Shown here piece after piece: positions 41,922 to 56,500 of a stretch of 64,000 nucleotides of DNA. Position numbers and translations under genes: made by a program. How positions within the stretch are numbered: the stretch's first letter is position 1; the number at the start of each line of letters is the position of its first letter. The notes beneath the pieces were generated by a model. That model searched no databases, was not told the origin of the DNA, and worked only from the letters and a program-made list of their open reading frames with translations. The DNA is from Eledone cirrhosa. Its lineage: Eukaryota. The stretch lies in assembly GCA_964016885.1 (NCBI GenBank), contig OZ024740.1, forward strand, positions 261,578,001-261,642,000, read 5' to 3'.

Positions 41922-42004
41922 TTGTCGATCGACTTTCGTCAAATCGGACCGAGGAAACAATGTTTCCGTTGGTCTTTCTAATTACTAATACTATCTATCG
42001 GTCG

Positions 42005-42130
42005 CAACTCCAGGTAGAAGGAGCAACGTGAAATAAAGTGTCTTGCTCAAGGACATAACGCATCGCCTGGTCCAGGAATCGAACTGACAACCTCACGATT
42101 GCGAATCCAGTTCTCTAACCACTCAGCCAT
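42005..42130 (-). mobile_element. SINE 5' fragment
   Basis: Minus: TGGCTGAGTGGTTAGAG...GTTCGATTCCTGG...TGTCCTTGAGCAAGACACTTTATTTCAC. Confidence 0.65.
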
Positions 42131-42230
42131 ACATACATATATATGTATGTACGTATGCATGTGTGTGTGAGTGTGTGTGAGTGTGTGTGTATATGTGCGT
42201 GTGTGTGAGTGTGTGAGAGTGTGTGTGTGT

Positions 42231-42306
<76 letters not shown>

Positions 42307-43126
42307 AATAACTTAACGGTTCGGTAAAAAAAAAGCGATGAAATAACTACCAGACTTGAAAAAAAAATACTGGGGTCGAATGATCGACTAAATCCTTTTA
42401 AGGGAATGCTCCAGCATCGCCATAGTTTAATGACTAAAACTAGTAAGGATACAAAAGTAATAAGATAATGATTAAGAATGTTTTTATAATTCTCATATAG
42501 TTTATATTTATGTTCTCCTTCATTTACACCATGTCAGGCATTTGTAGATCACCGTCGGTTTGACAATTAACATTCCAGCTGTTCAATAAACAGAACACAC
42601 TGCTTTTGACGTCACCGTGTAAATGATTAAGCATTCTATAGACATATGTATCATTAATATAATTCTCAGAGAGATCCAGCGTGACACAGTGTTTGACAAA
42701 GCTGGCCTTTTGAATTTGTCATTACAGATGCAGTTCATCCGGCAGACTTCTAAATAGATTACATCTAGAAAATTTCAATCACAAGGCTAGGGTCGACATA
42801 GGTAGAATGACATTTGCCACCGCCATACCACAAAACCCCACATGGTGATATCGAACTGGAGACCTAATCATTGCAAAGCAAACCTCTTAACCATTCCTCA
42901 TTACTGTCTCCCACAGATCTAGTCGCAGATATATCATATCCCTTTCCTTTTGATCTCGTAACTCCTGGTGGAATCGTAGGGTGCCGTATTGACGTTTCTT
43001 GGGCATTTTAAGAACCCATCAGAACTAGCAGAACCCATCCCTCACAAAGGACTGTGTACAGCAAATTTCCTCCAGAGAAGGATAGAAAGGGAGAGAGAGG
43101 AAGTAAGAAAGAGATATAGAGGAAGA

Positions 43127-43283
43127 ATCGACCCCAGTACTAGACTGGTATTTTTTTATCGACCTCGAATGGACGAAAGGAAAAGTTGACCTCGGCGGGA
43201 TTTGAACTAAGAACGCAGAGAGCCGGAACGAATACCGCAAAGCATTCTGTCCGACTTTCTAACGACTCTGCCAATTCGCCGCC
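43127..43283 (-). mobile_element. OR-like SINE
   Basis: Minus: GGCGGCGAATTGGCAGAGTCGTTAG...AGTTCAAATCCCGCCGAGGTCAACTTT. Confidence 0.75.
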
Positions 43284-44506
43284 TATGATATATTATATAT
43301 GCACTAGTTAACCAAGTAGCATATATCAGATCATTCTACAATGATTTATGTTGCACATTAAGAAAACTATTTGTATTATAAAGTCTAATTGCAGGAGAAT
43401 TGTTAATAATGAATGTCTTATCATGTGTGATTGGTGCTTCTTGTTAGTATTTCCAGGTCCATTTTATAACTATTGTTTCGTATCATGAAACAGGTGTTTT
43501 CCCTTACAATTCATTTAAAATTGCCTAAGGAACATCATAGAAATATTTCATTAAAATGAGTTTTATTGTATATCTTCTTTATCTTTATATATTTATTTTT
43601 CTCTATTTCATTTTTTTCCTCTCTCGATTTAAATTATATTTCATGATCAGAAATCCACTCAATTCGTACAAACAACTGAAAAATACAAAAGACAAGATTT
43701 AGTTTTTGTTTTTACCCCTCATTCTTGACTATGAATTGCTGATGCCAAAAATCTCACGATGCCTTCCAGCCAAAATTCTATAGAGATAAGTTTGCGTCTT
43801 ATATTACTTTATTATTGTTGTGTATTATAATCACAAATATTGTTTTTGTTGTTTTTTTCGCTCTTTATTGTCTAAAACCATCATTATTATTGGTGTTATT
43901 AGTTTAAGTTATTTTTATATAATATAAATGATATGTATTTTTTTCGACATAATAACAAGAACAATGGCCCCTTTAAAAAAAGAATAAAAAAGATATAACA
44001 GATAGTGCATACACACACATATATATGTATATATTTATGCATACATACATACTTACACACACACATACACACACATACATATATACATATACATACACAC
44101 ACGCACATATATATGTGTGTATGTGTGTATGTGTGTTTGCGTGTGCGTGCGTGTGCGTGCATGTGTGTGAGTGTGTGAGTGTGTGTTCATATAAAAACCT
44201 AAGAAACAATTAGAAATGACAGCAGCTGTATTAGCAGTAGTTGCAGCAACAATAACAGCAACAAGAGCAATAACTAGACAACAACAACAACGATGACGAC
44301 GACAACAGCAATCATAACAACAACAGTAACAAGATAAATTGACTTTCTACCAGCTTTGCCTGGGGAAATTCTATCGCAATCGAGTTATAGTTACATTGAT
44401 TTGGATAAATAACACAAACCATTTGTTAAAAAGGTAAAAAAAAACAAAACTTTCTCTACGTCTTTTTCTATCTAACTATCACTCTCTTTCCCTTTCTTCC
44501 TTACTA

Positions 44507-44604
<98 letters not shown>

Positions 44605-44788
44605 CATACATGTATATCTATGTCGATACCTATCTATCTATCTGTATCCCCCCCTCTCCCTGTCTCTCTTTATATATATATATATATATGAATACACGCA
44701 CACACACACATATATATGTATGTATATATATATCTATCTATATCTCTCTCTATATATATATATGTATATCTATGTATATATATATATG

Positions 44789-44843
<55 letters not shown>

Positions 44844-44864
44844 GTATTTATGTATGTATGTATG

Positions 44865-44903
<39 letters not shown>

Positions 44904-44941
44904 ATATATATACATATATACATACATATATATATATATAC

Positions 44942-45037
<96 letters not shown>

Positions 45038-45038
45038 G

Positions 45039-45071
<33 letters not shown>

Positions 45072-45072
<1 letters not shown>

Positions 45073-45612
45073 TATTGTTATACTTTGGGAGGGTCATGTT
45101 GCCAATAAGAAACACACGCACCAGTTGCTTTCACTTCAATTTATTATAATAAATTTATAATAAATTTATAAATTTATAAATTTCTGGTTGGTTGGTTGGT
45201 TGGTTGGTTCCACAACCAGATAGTTGTTTATATATTGTCATAGTTCTTTCGTCACACACTCTGTGACCTCTTCAGTGACTGGGGATTCCTTTCTTTGTTT
45301 CTGTGCCTCTCCTTTGTTCTGTCCTACGCCATTTTGTTTCTGTGTGTGTGTTGTGTTGTGTGCTGAAGAGGTCACAGAGTGTGTGACGAAAGAACTATGA
45401 CAATATATAAACAACTATCTGGTTGTGGAACCAACCAACCAGAAATTTATAAATTTATAAATTTATTATAAATAAATTATAATAAATTGAAGTGAAAGCA
45501 ACTGGTGCGTGTGTTTCTTATTGGCAACATGACCCTCCCAAAGTATAACAATATCGGTTTCAACACACTATTTCAGATAAAGAATCTTGCTAAACAAATT
45601 CAGAAACGAAAT
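45072..45612. mobile_element. Palindromic PLE remnant (family C) with HHRs at 45237-45279(-) and 45363-45401(+)
   Basis: gtca-CTGAAGA-ggtcacagagtgtgtgac-GAAA-gaaCTA-tgac; same termini as 13383-13855. Confidence 0.8.
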
Positions 45613-45905
45613 ATATATACATATATACGCATGTATGTGTCCCTCACTCTATCTATAACTGTGACACTATTTTCCCTCTTTCTCTCTATCCTTGCTTCAC
45701 TAACATATCATACAGTGCAATAGCAGGAACGTCAAGTATGTTTTATGAAAATAATTACCATCACGAACCCACACACATACTTACAGGTACACACACACAC
45801 ACACACACACACGCACAAACACACACATGCATTCACACGCATTCCCACAAACATACACACGCAGAAAAAAGGTCACACTTTATATATATATGTGTATGTG
45901 TGTGT

Positions 45906-46285
<380 letters not shown>

Positions 46286-46360
46286 CAGAGTATATATCTG
46301 CTATATATATATATAGCAGAGTATAAAAGTCTCTCTCTATATATATATATATTTTTTTTC

Positions 46361-46408
<48 letters not shown>

Positions 46409-46446
46409 ACTATATATATGTATATATATATATATATATAACTATA

Positions 46447-46508
<62 letters not shown>

Positions 46509-46509
46509 T

Positions 46510-47264
46510 CAGTATGTACACGTACATACATATATGTATACAGACGTACACTAGTATGTATATACATACATACAAGCACACACATATATATATATGTACG
46601 TATGGGTCTACAGAACATTTATTATAATGCTCGGTTTGTTTGTAAACAAACAGCCCGAATTATTAGCCGTACAGTGTTCGGGAACCATCGTCGCCATTTT
46701 GTTCAACACTGACGTACATATATATATATATGTATGCATGTATGTATATAGATATACATACTACTTTACGTCTGTATACATATATGTATGTACGTATACA
46801 CACTTATATTTAAGTATCAGCCGTACTAAGAGTTTTTTTCATTTATCGTTTTCGGTACGCCCGGCCGACTAACTCCCTCGATATGCAAATTAGGCTACTC
46901 AGCCGTTAATATGCATAAGGAAAGTATATACTTTCAAACGTTCAATCAATTGACAGGAAGGTATACGGTGCCGATGACAGCTAATAAGCTAGAAACTAGT
47001 TCATCGTTCCTTTGTTAGTGTTGAACAAAATGGCAACGATGGTTACCGAACACTGTACGGCTAATAATTCGGGCTGTTTGTTTACAAACAAACCGAGCAT
47101 TATAATAAATGTTCGGTAAACCCATACGTACATATACATATGTGTACATGTATGTATATACATACTAGTGTACGTCTGTATACATATATGTATGTACGTA
47201 TACATACTCTTAGTACGGCTGATACTTAAATATAAGTGAGAAATGAAATTTAATTTTTTCCAAT

Positions 47265-47265
<1 letters not shown>
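46510..47265 (+). mobile_element. Diverged monomer of the family D retrozyme-like unit with inverted upstream part; HHR core mutated (CCGATGA, 46965-47007)
   Basis: Collinear with the reverse complement of the 15.1-17.2 kb unit, including octamer and TATA; 46510-46710 inverts ~47020-47200. Confidence 0.75.
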
Positions 47266-47331
<66 letters not shown>

Positions 47332-47357
47332 TATATATATATATATATATATATGAC

Positions 47358-47412
<55 letters not shown>

Positions 47413-47720
47413 GGGCTGATGGTGTTCAGATTAAGGAATTGCAGAAACCCAAGAAGCTAGATTTAACATCTTTCTAGCGGGTCCGGGTAAGTTTTACATT
47501 CATTTAATTTATTAACTTATTGATATTTTATTTGAGTGACCCGAATCTTCCTGGTCGTTTATTTTCGGCTGCATGGGTGATTTTAGGCATGACCTCTATG
47601 TGTTGGTATTTTAACGATAGTTATAGCTCTGATTTTTCCAAATTATTGAGCCCTCTGCCACATATATCGGATATTGTTTATCGTGATTTCGTGGGCTGAA
47701 ATTCCGATTCTCGATTATTC

Positions 47721-47779
<59 letters not shown>

Positions 47780-47789
47780 TACATATATA

Positions 47790-47889
<100 letters not shown>

Positions 47890-47915
47890 TATATATATAG
47901 ATATATAGATATGAA

Positions 47916-47952
<37 letters not shown>

Positions 47953-47992
47953 TTCAAATATTAATAAAATAGATGTTCTTGTGATCAATTAA

Positions 47993-48058
47993 ATTTTATT
48001 ATACATATTTCAGAGGTACTTGAATCAAGTTCAATAGTACGTCCTCATCAGATAAAAT
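47993..48058 (-). ncRNA. Hammerhead ribozyme (family B-like, longer stem II)
   Basis: Minus: attttat-CTGATGA-ggacgtac...gtacctct-GAA-ATATGTAT-A-ataaaat. Confidence 0.65.
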
Positions 48059-48112
48059 AAAATGATACATGACATACCCTGACTAAATGGTTAAGATTTA
48101 ATCAAGGTAGTG

Positions 48113-48259
<147 letters not shown>

Positions 48260-48373
48260 TAGTCTGAGTTTGCAAACACGAGGAAACGTGTTAAATACCT
48301 AAGTAGAAAGTACTATATATTTGTTAGTGAAATTACTATTTTGCTACTCTGTTGAGAAGGCAACTGTGTATGT

Positions 48374-48700
48374 GAAGGCGTGTGGCTTAGCGGTACGGTA
48401 TTCGGCTCACGGTCGAAAGACTTTCTGTTCGATTCCCAGTGGTGAGGTGTGTCCTTGAGCATCACACTTTATTTCACCTTGCACCAGTGCATTTTTATTG
48501 GCAAACATGAGTTGTATCAGTAATTGGAAAGGTCAACCTTTTCACATTCTTTACTTTATCACGCTGAATCTCCCTGAGAACTACGTTAAGGATATAGGTG
48601 TCTGTGGAATGTTCATCCACGTGCCTGTTAATTTCACGAGAAGGTTGTTCCGTTGATCGTATCAACTGGATCCTTCCTCGTCATAATTGACGCAGTGCCA
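48374..48700 (+). mobile_element. tRNA-derived SINE
   Basis: GGCGTGTGGCTTAGCGGT A-box, GTTCGATTCC B-box, GTGTCCTTGAGCA central motif. Confidence 0.7.
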
Positions 48701-49809
48701 GTATGTGTGTATCTGTGTGTGGGCATGTATAATGTTGACATCATGAATATAGTATGTTACTAACAAGGACTTAGAAAAAACTGTTATTCTTTCTAGTTTG
48801 TTAGATAAGCTAGTTCTATTATATTTGTTTTCCACCTGCGTCTTCAGTGTGAATCCGCGAAACCCAGAGAAACAACAGAGTATAATCTCAGTAATATGAT
48901 ATATAGTTGGAAAAGGGGTAAAATTCTATACAAAAAGATCATTGTTAAAAAGTAAAAGTGAAAAAGCACATATTTAAAGATTATTTTTTTCTTTAATCCG
49001 ACAGAATGAATAATTCTATAATTGTTGCGTTAAATATAACCGGTTTCGATTGTTATAACAATCTTATCAAATATTAAATATTAAATATCAAAAAAAGTTT
49101 TTTTCATAAAATATGTAAATTCGCTGTCAAAATTTTTTCTTATATATATATGTACTTTATGAAAGTGTGGTGATGATGGAAGTGGGGTTCAACAGATCAG
49201 GATTCAATTGAATTCACTTGGTTAAAAATAGAAAATACTTTCACCATTCATAATAATGGTTCAGATGGCAATCTTGATGTGTGTGAATATTTGGGCGGGG
49301 GCTTAATTGTGCCAAAGGGTAAGTATTTGGGGTTTTTGAAAGAAGTTGAAAAAAGTTAAGAGTGGATATGGAACTTTTCTTTTGTATTGTGGCGCACGCG
49401 CGCGCGTGTGTGAGTGTGTGTGTGTGTGTGTTGTGTAAATAAGACCTTCACTTACCCAAATCTGAATGTGAATACATCTAAAATTATCAACAAGCTCGAT
49501 TAACTGCATTGGTGATGCGCGTTTCGCTATTGATCAGCAATGTCATTACTTCAACAGAGATGCGACAAACTTTTGATTCCAGAGTTGGCCAGATCGATAG
49601 AGATCGGACCTTGAGCCGATCAGTAGCGAAACGCGTATCACCAATCAATGAACGTAATGAAGGCTTAACCAATCATCCTTGTATTACTATGTTACACTCT
49701 GTCTAGCTCTACACCTCACTACTGATGTGAACCTAAAGATCGAGTGTTCACCTGGGTGAACCTACAGTAATTTCGCGTTACCTTCCCTGGATATGTATAT
49801 ATACTACCC

Positions 49810-49985
49810 GGGAGCTTCCAACCGACATGGTCGCATTCTTTAAGGGTATGTCAATATTTGTTTATAAAACTGATCTATATTATATTTTATCTGATGAAAG
49901 CGCACCATAATTTGCTTTGGTGTCCTTGAAATATGTATAATGAAATAAATTTGGTTTTATAAATATAGTTTCCATTTGTTAATAT
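49810..49985 (+). mobile_element. Solo PLE pseudo-LTR (family B variant) with HHR 49883-49947
   Basis: tattttat-CTGATGA-aagcgcacca...tggtgtcctt-GAA-ATATGTAT-A-atgaaata. Confidence 0.75.
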
Positions 49986-50039
<54 letters not shown>

Positions 50040-50040
<1 letters not shown>

Positions 50041-50233
50041 CGGAGGAAATGTGGTAAGGAACCAGTTGGACCATAACGCACCAAAGTACTCAATATTTAG
50101 GGTAGTAGAGTGGGTAATAGGAACGAGTAGGACCCCGACGGCTGAGCTCAAGCCGTTTCGACGGCTAATTCGTGTCCAGAATTAGCCGTCGAAACGGCTT
50201 GAGCTCAGCCGTCGGGGTCCTACTCGTTCCTAT
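50040..50233. mobile_element. Family F inverted remnant (HHR 3' halves)
   Basis: agccgtc-GAAA-cggct tgagctc agccGTC-ggggtcc plus its exact complement. Confidence 0.65.
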
Positions 50234-50257
50234 ATATATATATATATATATATATAT

Positions 50258-51445
50258 GTAATATAAAGCTGATGGCCGTATGTATGTAACAAACTTTCTC
50301 CAAACGGCTGAACCAAACACCACCAAATTTGCACCATAGATGTAACTATTCCAAGTAAAAAAGGGAGGGTATTTTTGTCTACTGAATTTTGTCAAAAGAT
50401 TAAAGACATTATTTAAATATTCACTTCTTTAAAATTTCAAATGTCAACACTTCCGGTTATACGAGATTCCTCACTTTTTCTTAGTCTGTCTTTTTAGATA
50501 GATACATAGCTATGACGTCGCGCCTTTATAATATGTCTCTGCATGTCTGGCTGTCTGCATTAGATAACGTTTTTTCGAAATATTTACTTCTGTGTTCCCA
50601 GATTGATTTTTTCGTTTCAGAAGATCCTGTTAAGGGTGAAAGCAGCGATTCTTTGCTTAAACTTTAATCTGTTATTTTAATATATATATTCGTGTACAGA
50701 TATTTTTGCATACACAAAAACAAAAGCCTATTTATTTCACGAAAGCACGGATACATGCCCATATTTAAAGTACAGGGCCAAGTGTACCACACGACGAAGA
50801 TCACAAGTTTTTGCAAATCTACTTCATTGAAGATGCAGATTCACAAGCGATACGTCGCCATCGGGCCATCCCAGGAACCAGACTTGTAATCATTCGCCAG
50901 TTATGGACATGTTAAGCGGCTTCAGTTTCCAAGAAGACTAAGCTTCGCAATTACCACCAGTAAAGCTCAGGGTCAAACCCTAAAAGTGGCTGGCCTTCAT
51001 CTGGGAAAACCATGCTTCTCCCATGGTCAATTGTATGTAGGATGCTCTAGGGTGAGCTCGCCAAACAATATCTTCATGTTTGCTCCGGAGGGGCGAACAA
51101 AATATATTGTATACTCTGAGGCTCTAACAATGTAATTTATGCATTTTCTGTTACTTGGAACTTTCATTATGGTTGTACACATTATTGATTGTTAAAAAAT
51201 GTGTTCTCTATTCAGCCTTTATTGTTGTAACTATAAATTTTCTTTAACATATTGGCTGCTGAACTAGGGAATCCTAAAAACTATTCAAACCCAAACTCAG
51301 AGCACGTTAAACCCCACCAACCCCCCAACCCCAACCGCGCAGACTTGAGAGGGCGTGCGGTATCTTTGCACTGGAGTGGAGGGGGGAGTCCCGAAAAGAT
51401 AAAATGCCGGTATACCTAGCCGGCCGCCAGCAGGACGGGCCATCT

Positions 51446-51447
<2 letters not shown>
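50258..51447 (+). mobile_element. Non-autonomous Helitron remnant with Pif1 C-terminal fragment (~50910-51130), interrupted by a family G remnant
   Basis: KRLQFP..LSFAIT.SKAQGQTL..AGLHL..PCFSHGQLYVGCSRV...IVYSEAL; Helitron-like 5' motif AAACGGCTGAACC; GC-rich 3' end ending CTGG-T. Confidence 0.65.
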
Positions 51448-51513
<66 letters not shown>

Positions 51514-51516
<3 letters not shown>

Positions 51517-51697
51517 GATATTAAACAAATGGAAACTATATTTATAAAACCATATCTATTTCATTATACATATTTCAGGGATACCATATTAAAAATATGG
51601 CATGCCTTCTTCAGATAAAATACAATATATAAGCAGTTTTATAAATAAATTTGACGTACCATAAAATATTGATCAACTTCCATTTAAAAAAGTTGGT
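51514..51697 (-). mobile_element. Solo pseudo-LTR of the 8968-13219 PLE family, HHR 51557-51622
   Basis: Reverse complement of ~13035-13219 with core CTGAAGA. Confidence 0.8.
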
Positions 51698-51699
51698 TT

Positions 51700-51795
<96 letters not shown>

Positions 51796-51817
51796 TAGAT
51801 ATAGATATATATACATA

Positions 51818-52080
51818 TATTGTTATACTTGGGGCGGGTCATATTGTTGTAATAATATTGCCAGAATTAATAACAGAACACACTCACTGTTTGGTTGGTT
51901 TTCGCTTCTGTATCTTTTATATCAGTTAATTTATTTGGTCCTCAATGTTTACCATTGACTGACGAACGGTCAAAAATACAGATATAATATAGACACAAAC
52001 ACATATATATAGTCTAACAAAAGTTCTTTCGTTGCACATCTGCAACATCGTCAGTGGTGCTATTATGTGTCCTCCTGAAA
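51818..52080 (-). mobile_element. 3' terminal fragment of the 17.5-22.3 kb PLE family, HHR core ~52015-52059
   Basis: Matches 17558-17825. Confidence 0.8.
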
Positions 52081-52174
52081 CATAATACATATTGTACATA
52101 TTATATAAAGCTATGCTTGAAGCGAAATCCTATTTCTTTTTTATTATAAGTTGAGCCAACTTATGCAGCTTCAT

Positions 52175-52317
52175 ATGCAAATGAGATTAATCACCTCATT
52201 AACACAGACGAGAAAAGTATATATTCTCGCCTGTCTTCTAGTCCAGTAGTCGCAAGCGGCGTGAGGGACCGTCCTGACGAAGGCCAGTTAAGCCTGAAAT
52301 GCATATAAGGTTGTCCC
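52175..52317 (+). ncRNA. Octamer-TATA cassette followed by a degenerate HHR (family H)
   Basis: ATGCAAAT(52175)-35 nt-TATATA(52218); CTGACGA-aggc cagttaa gcct-GAAA-tgcata; stem I only distal GGGAC/GTCCC. Confidence 0.5.
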
Positions 52318-52534
52318 CCTTGCTTCTGCTGGACATCACCAGAGGGTGTTAGCCCCCGGTGTTTGCATAGCTACGGCATCCTAAAACCGTATTTCTTTGT
52401 AGATACGAAATATTTATACACACACAACACACATATATATATAGTAATAATAATAAATTTGAAGACTAAAATCCAAAGTGGGCTCGATAAGGATAAATAT
52501 ATATCAAATATATAAGAACCGTAGAGCAAATATT

Positions 52535-52667
52535 TATTAAAATAACAGATCAAAGTTTAAGCAAAGAATCGCTGCTTTCACCCTTAACGGGATCTTCTGA
52601 AACTCAGTTTCAGAAGATCCCGTTAAGGGTGAAAGCAGCGATTCTTTGCTTAAACTTTAATCTGCTA

Positions 52668-52672
<5 letters not shown>
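52535..52672. repeat. Palindrome of family G HHR-like motif (CAGAAGA core); other copies at 50614-50662(+) and 53292-53340(-)
   Basis: gttt-CAGAAGA-tcccgttaagggt-GAAA-gca gcgattctt tgcTT-aaac on both arms. Confidence 0.6.
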
Positions 52673-52722
<50 letters not shown>

Positions 52723-53523
52723 AATATAAATTAGCGAGAATCGTTTTCAGCTCAGGAATTAACGAAAATCAACGTCCGATATGTGTGGCAAGCGCTCGAT
52801 GAATCATATGAATCAGAGCTACAACATACGTTAAGGGCCGAACACACTGAGATGATGGTTAAACATATCATCCTCACAGCCAAAACAAAACGACCAAGTA
52901 ATTCGGGTCAAACAATAAAAATATGTGTTGATACTTTCCCGGACCCTGGACTGATGGTAAAATCCAGTATTGGTTTCTGCGACTCCAAATCAGGTACTGT
53001 CCGCCTACATAAAGAATGTTGGGCTTCTGGTGAGATGATGAACAAGGCAGTCGTGTTATCAACGGGTTTTGCTCCAAGATGCTATAGGTAGTGTGGCTAT
53101 TACTGACCCCTCGTGGGATTCAGCAAGGGAGGTAACACCTCTATTAAGCGAATGATTCAGTTGTGTATTATTGCGAGAATGCAAAATATCACAAATCGAA
53201 TAAAGCTCTCGACAGAATGGTTAAATATAACAGAGCTATTCAACAGTCAAATATATATATATATGTATATATATTAAAATAACCGATTAAAGTTTAAGCA
53301 AAGAATCGCTGCTTTCACCCTTAACGGAATCTTCTGAAACTAAAAAAGAAAATCTGTGGACGCAGAAGTAAATATTTCGAAAAACGTTGCAACCGAAGGA
53401 AAACAGGAAGACGATACTTTGGTTCGTGAAGACGTTCCCTGACAATGAACGGAAAAAAGCGAGGATAATACGTCGTTATGTGGTGCGTAAGAACAACTAC
53501 ACGCAAAAACAAAACCACGTTTA

Positions 53524-56500
53524 TCTATTTATTAATTTCAAGAACGTCAGTATTCCGTGTGTCATAATCCTCAATTATCATTGGTTCATAGGTTTCAAAC
53601 GACTCCGCCCACCTCAACGACGCCAAGCTGAAATTAATATGCATAATGCCAATGAGGGAGTGAGAGGGGAGAGTGTGAACGCTGTGTTCAATAACTATTA
53701 ACATGTGTGCGTCTGTATGTACGTGCACGTATGTTTATGTGTGTGTGCGTGCGTGCAGCGTTCCACAGAAAGTAAAAACTATCAACACGCGTGAGTGTGT
53801 GTGTGTGTAAGTTTGCGTGCGTGTGCGCGTTTCCATGCGTGTATGTCTGTGGTGTTCCACAATCGCCACGCAGTTTATCTGTCTGTGTGCCTGTATGTCA
53901 GTCTAACATACACAGAGTTGTGAAGGGATAAAATAGGGACCTTTCTTTACATTGACAGTCATCTTTTATATTTATTATTGAGTCATTTTTGGCCAATTGC
54001 TCGAAATGAATACTGATAATAAAAGCAATTCGACCTTATCAAACAGTGAACTACAGCGGCGACGAAGTGCAGCCAGCAATGAAGAAAAACGGGCCGAACA
54101 GCGCCATCGGAACGCCGAACTTCGGAGGCGAAGACGTGCCGCCATGACTGAAGAGGAGCTGGCTGAACAACGCCAACGAAACACTGGAGTCAAGCAGCGA
54201 CGGCTTGTTGCGATGGTTGAAGACGAACTGGCTGAGCATCATCAGCAGATGGCCAGAATTCAGCAGCAACGGCGTGCTGCGATGGATGAAGAGGAGCTGG
54301 CTGAACAGCACCAGCGCAATACAGAAGTTCAGAGAATGTGTCGCCAAAGTGCTCCTCATTCCAGTAAAGAGGCTAGAAGGCGAACGAATGATATTAAAAA
54401 TGGATCATGGCAACCGTGTCATTTTCAGATTGGTGGACGAGCAGAGTGTCCACATTGTGGAGCATTGCTTTGGAGGCACGAAAAGACGTGGACCACAATG
54501 TGCTGTCATAAAGGAGCAGTTCAAATAGAACCCTTGCGAATGCCGGATGATGAGGAGTCACCGGAGTTTAAAAGACTGAGTATGTGAGGTGATCAAGGAG
54601 ACCGAGGTAGATTACTGCGCAAATATTCGCGGCAAATTAACAATTCATTAGCTTTAGCATCGCAGAGAGTTAGTGAGATGTTTGAGAGTGGAGCATGGCA
54701 ACCGAATGTAGTCATTCAAGGCCGTTTGTATCATTGTGTCTGGGGTAATACCTGAGGTAATTTAAAAGTTACCCCAGGAGAGAGGTCTCGATTCGCTCAA
54801 ATTTACGTTAACGATCCAGACTATAGTGAATCGGAGAAGGATATCAGGATCGGTTGGATGAAGTTGCCGGGAAATATAACTGAACTTGAACGGCAAAGGT
54901 TAAGTGATTTGATCCGTGATTTGCAATCATGGCTTAGACATGGCTTATGTTATGGATTTCATGTTGGTGGCTGAACTGCAAAATGTTCAGCAGCAAACAT
55001 TGGTGATTAAGGCTGACGCAGTGCCAAGGAATCAAAACGAACAGTGATATAATGCCCCTGAAGGATTTCGTGAAGTTGCTGTGTTGATGGACGATAAGCC
55101 TGGATCGAGAGATATCGCCCTCAATCGCAGAGATGGTTGTCTCAAAACTATCAATGAGTCAAATAGGGCATACGATCCATTACATTATGTTCTTTTATTC
55201 CCAAAAGGTGATAATGGATGGAACATGTCTGTTCAATTAGATGATCATGGGAGGTGGCAATAGACATAATAATTCGATTCGGGACTTTTACGCGTTCCAT
55301 TTGAACGAGAGGAATCAACAGAGAAATGCACTATTTCAAGCCAGCAGATTGTTCCAGGAATACTGTTGTATGGCATTCGCAAAGATCGAAAATCAAAGGC
55401 TAAATTATATAGCTACACATCAGCAACATATCAGAGCTGAATTGTATAATAATATACAGGATGCGATAACAGCCGATGATGCCAATTACAAGCAAATTGG
55501 TTGGCGCATCATTTTACCATCGTCGTTCATATATGAACATTCGCTATCAGGATGCAATGGCTATTGTCAGAAAGTTTGGAAAGCCAGATTTGTTTATAAC
55601 GGTTACATGCAATCCTGAATGGACTGATATTAAGGATGCACTTTTGCCAGGACAACAGCCAAAGGACCATCCTGATATTGTGGCAAGAGTATTCAAAGGA
55701 TATCTGAAAAAGATCATGGATGATGTGGAAAAAGAGGGAATCTTTGGAGGTATAGTTGCTTTTACATACGTAATTGAATTCCCAAAAAGAGGATTGCCAC
55801 ATGGACATTTGCTGATCATTTTACATAGAGATTGCAAATTGAGATGTGCTGAGGATGTCGACAGCATTGTGTGTGCTGAACTGCCGGAGAATGAGGCACT
55901 ACGCAACTTGGTGGCAAAGTCAATGGCGCACAACCAATGCGGAGTGGCAAATCGGAAAGCGCCTTGCATGAAAAATGGCCAATGCAGTAAGCACTTTCCG
56001 AAATCTTTTGTCACGAATACTTCCTGGAACGATGGAGATGCTCATCCCCATACAGAAGACGGTCGCCTGCAGATGGCGGTTTGGTCGAAAATGTAAACGG
56101 TCGACAGGTTACAAATCAATGGGTTGTGCCATACAATCCATATTTGATTATAAAATATCGTTGTCATATTAATGTGGAAATTTGTAGCTCAGTGAAAGCT
56201 TGCAAATATCTATTCAAATATGTTTACAAAGGTCATGATCGGGCAATGATCAATGTCAGGAATGAGGAAGCGAACCAAGGAGATGAAGTTGGCAGGTTCC
56301 AGGATGTTCGCTCGATTGGATCTAGCGAAGCTTGCTGGAGATTGTTCGATTTTGATCTCAATGAACGCAAACCCAGCGTCCAGAAACTGACGATTCACTT
56401 AGAGAATAGTCAAATGCTCTGTTTTCAGGACACTAGAAGAGGTGTCGAAAGAATTGCTAACGCACCACCTCCTAAGACGGAATTGACTGAGTGGTTCAAG

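Noticed and set aside
48374-48445. tRNA gene
   Set aside because: A/B boxes are present but continue into a SINE body; no clean cloverleaf.
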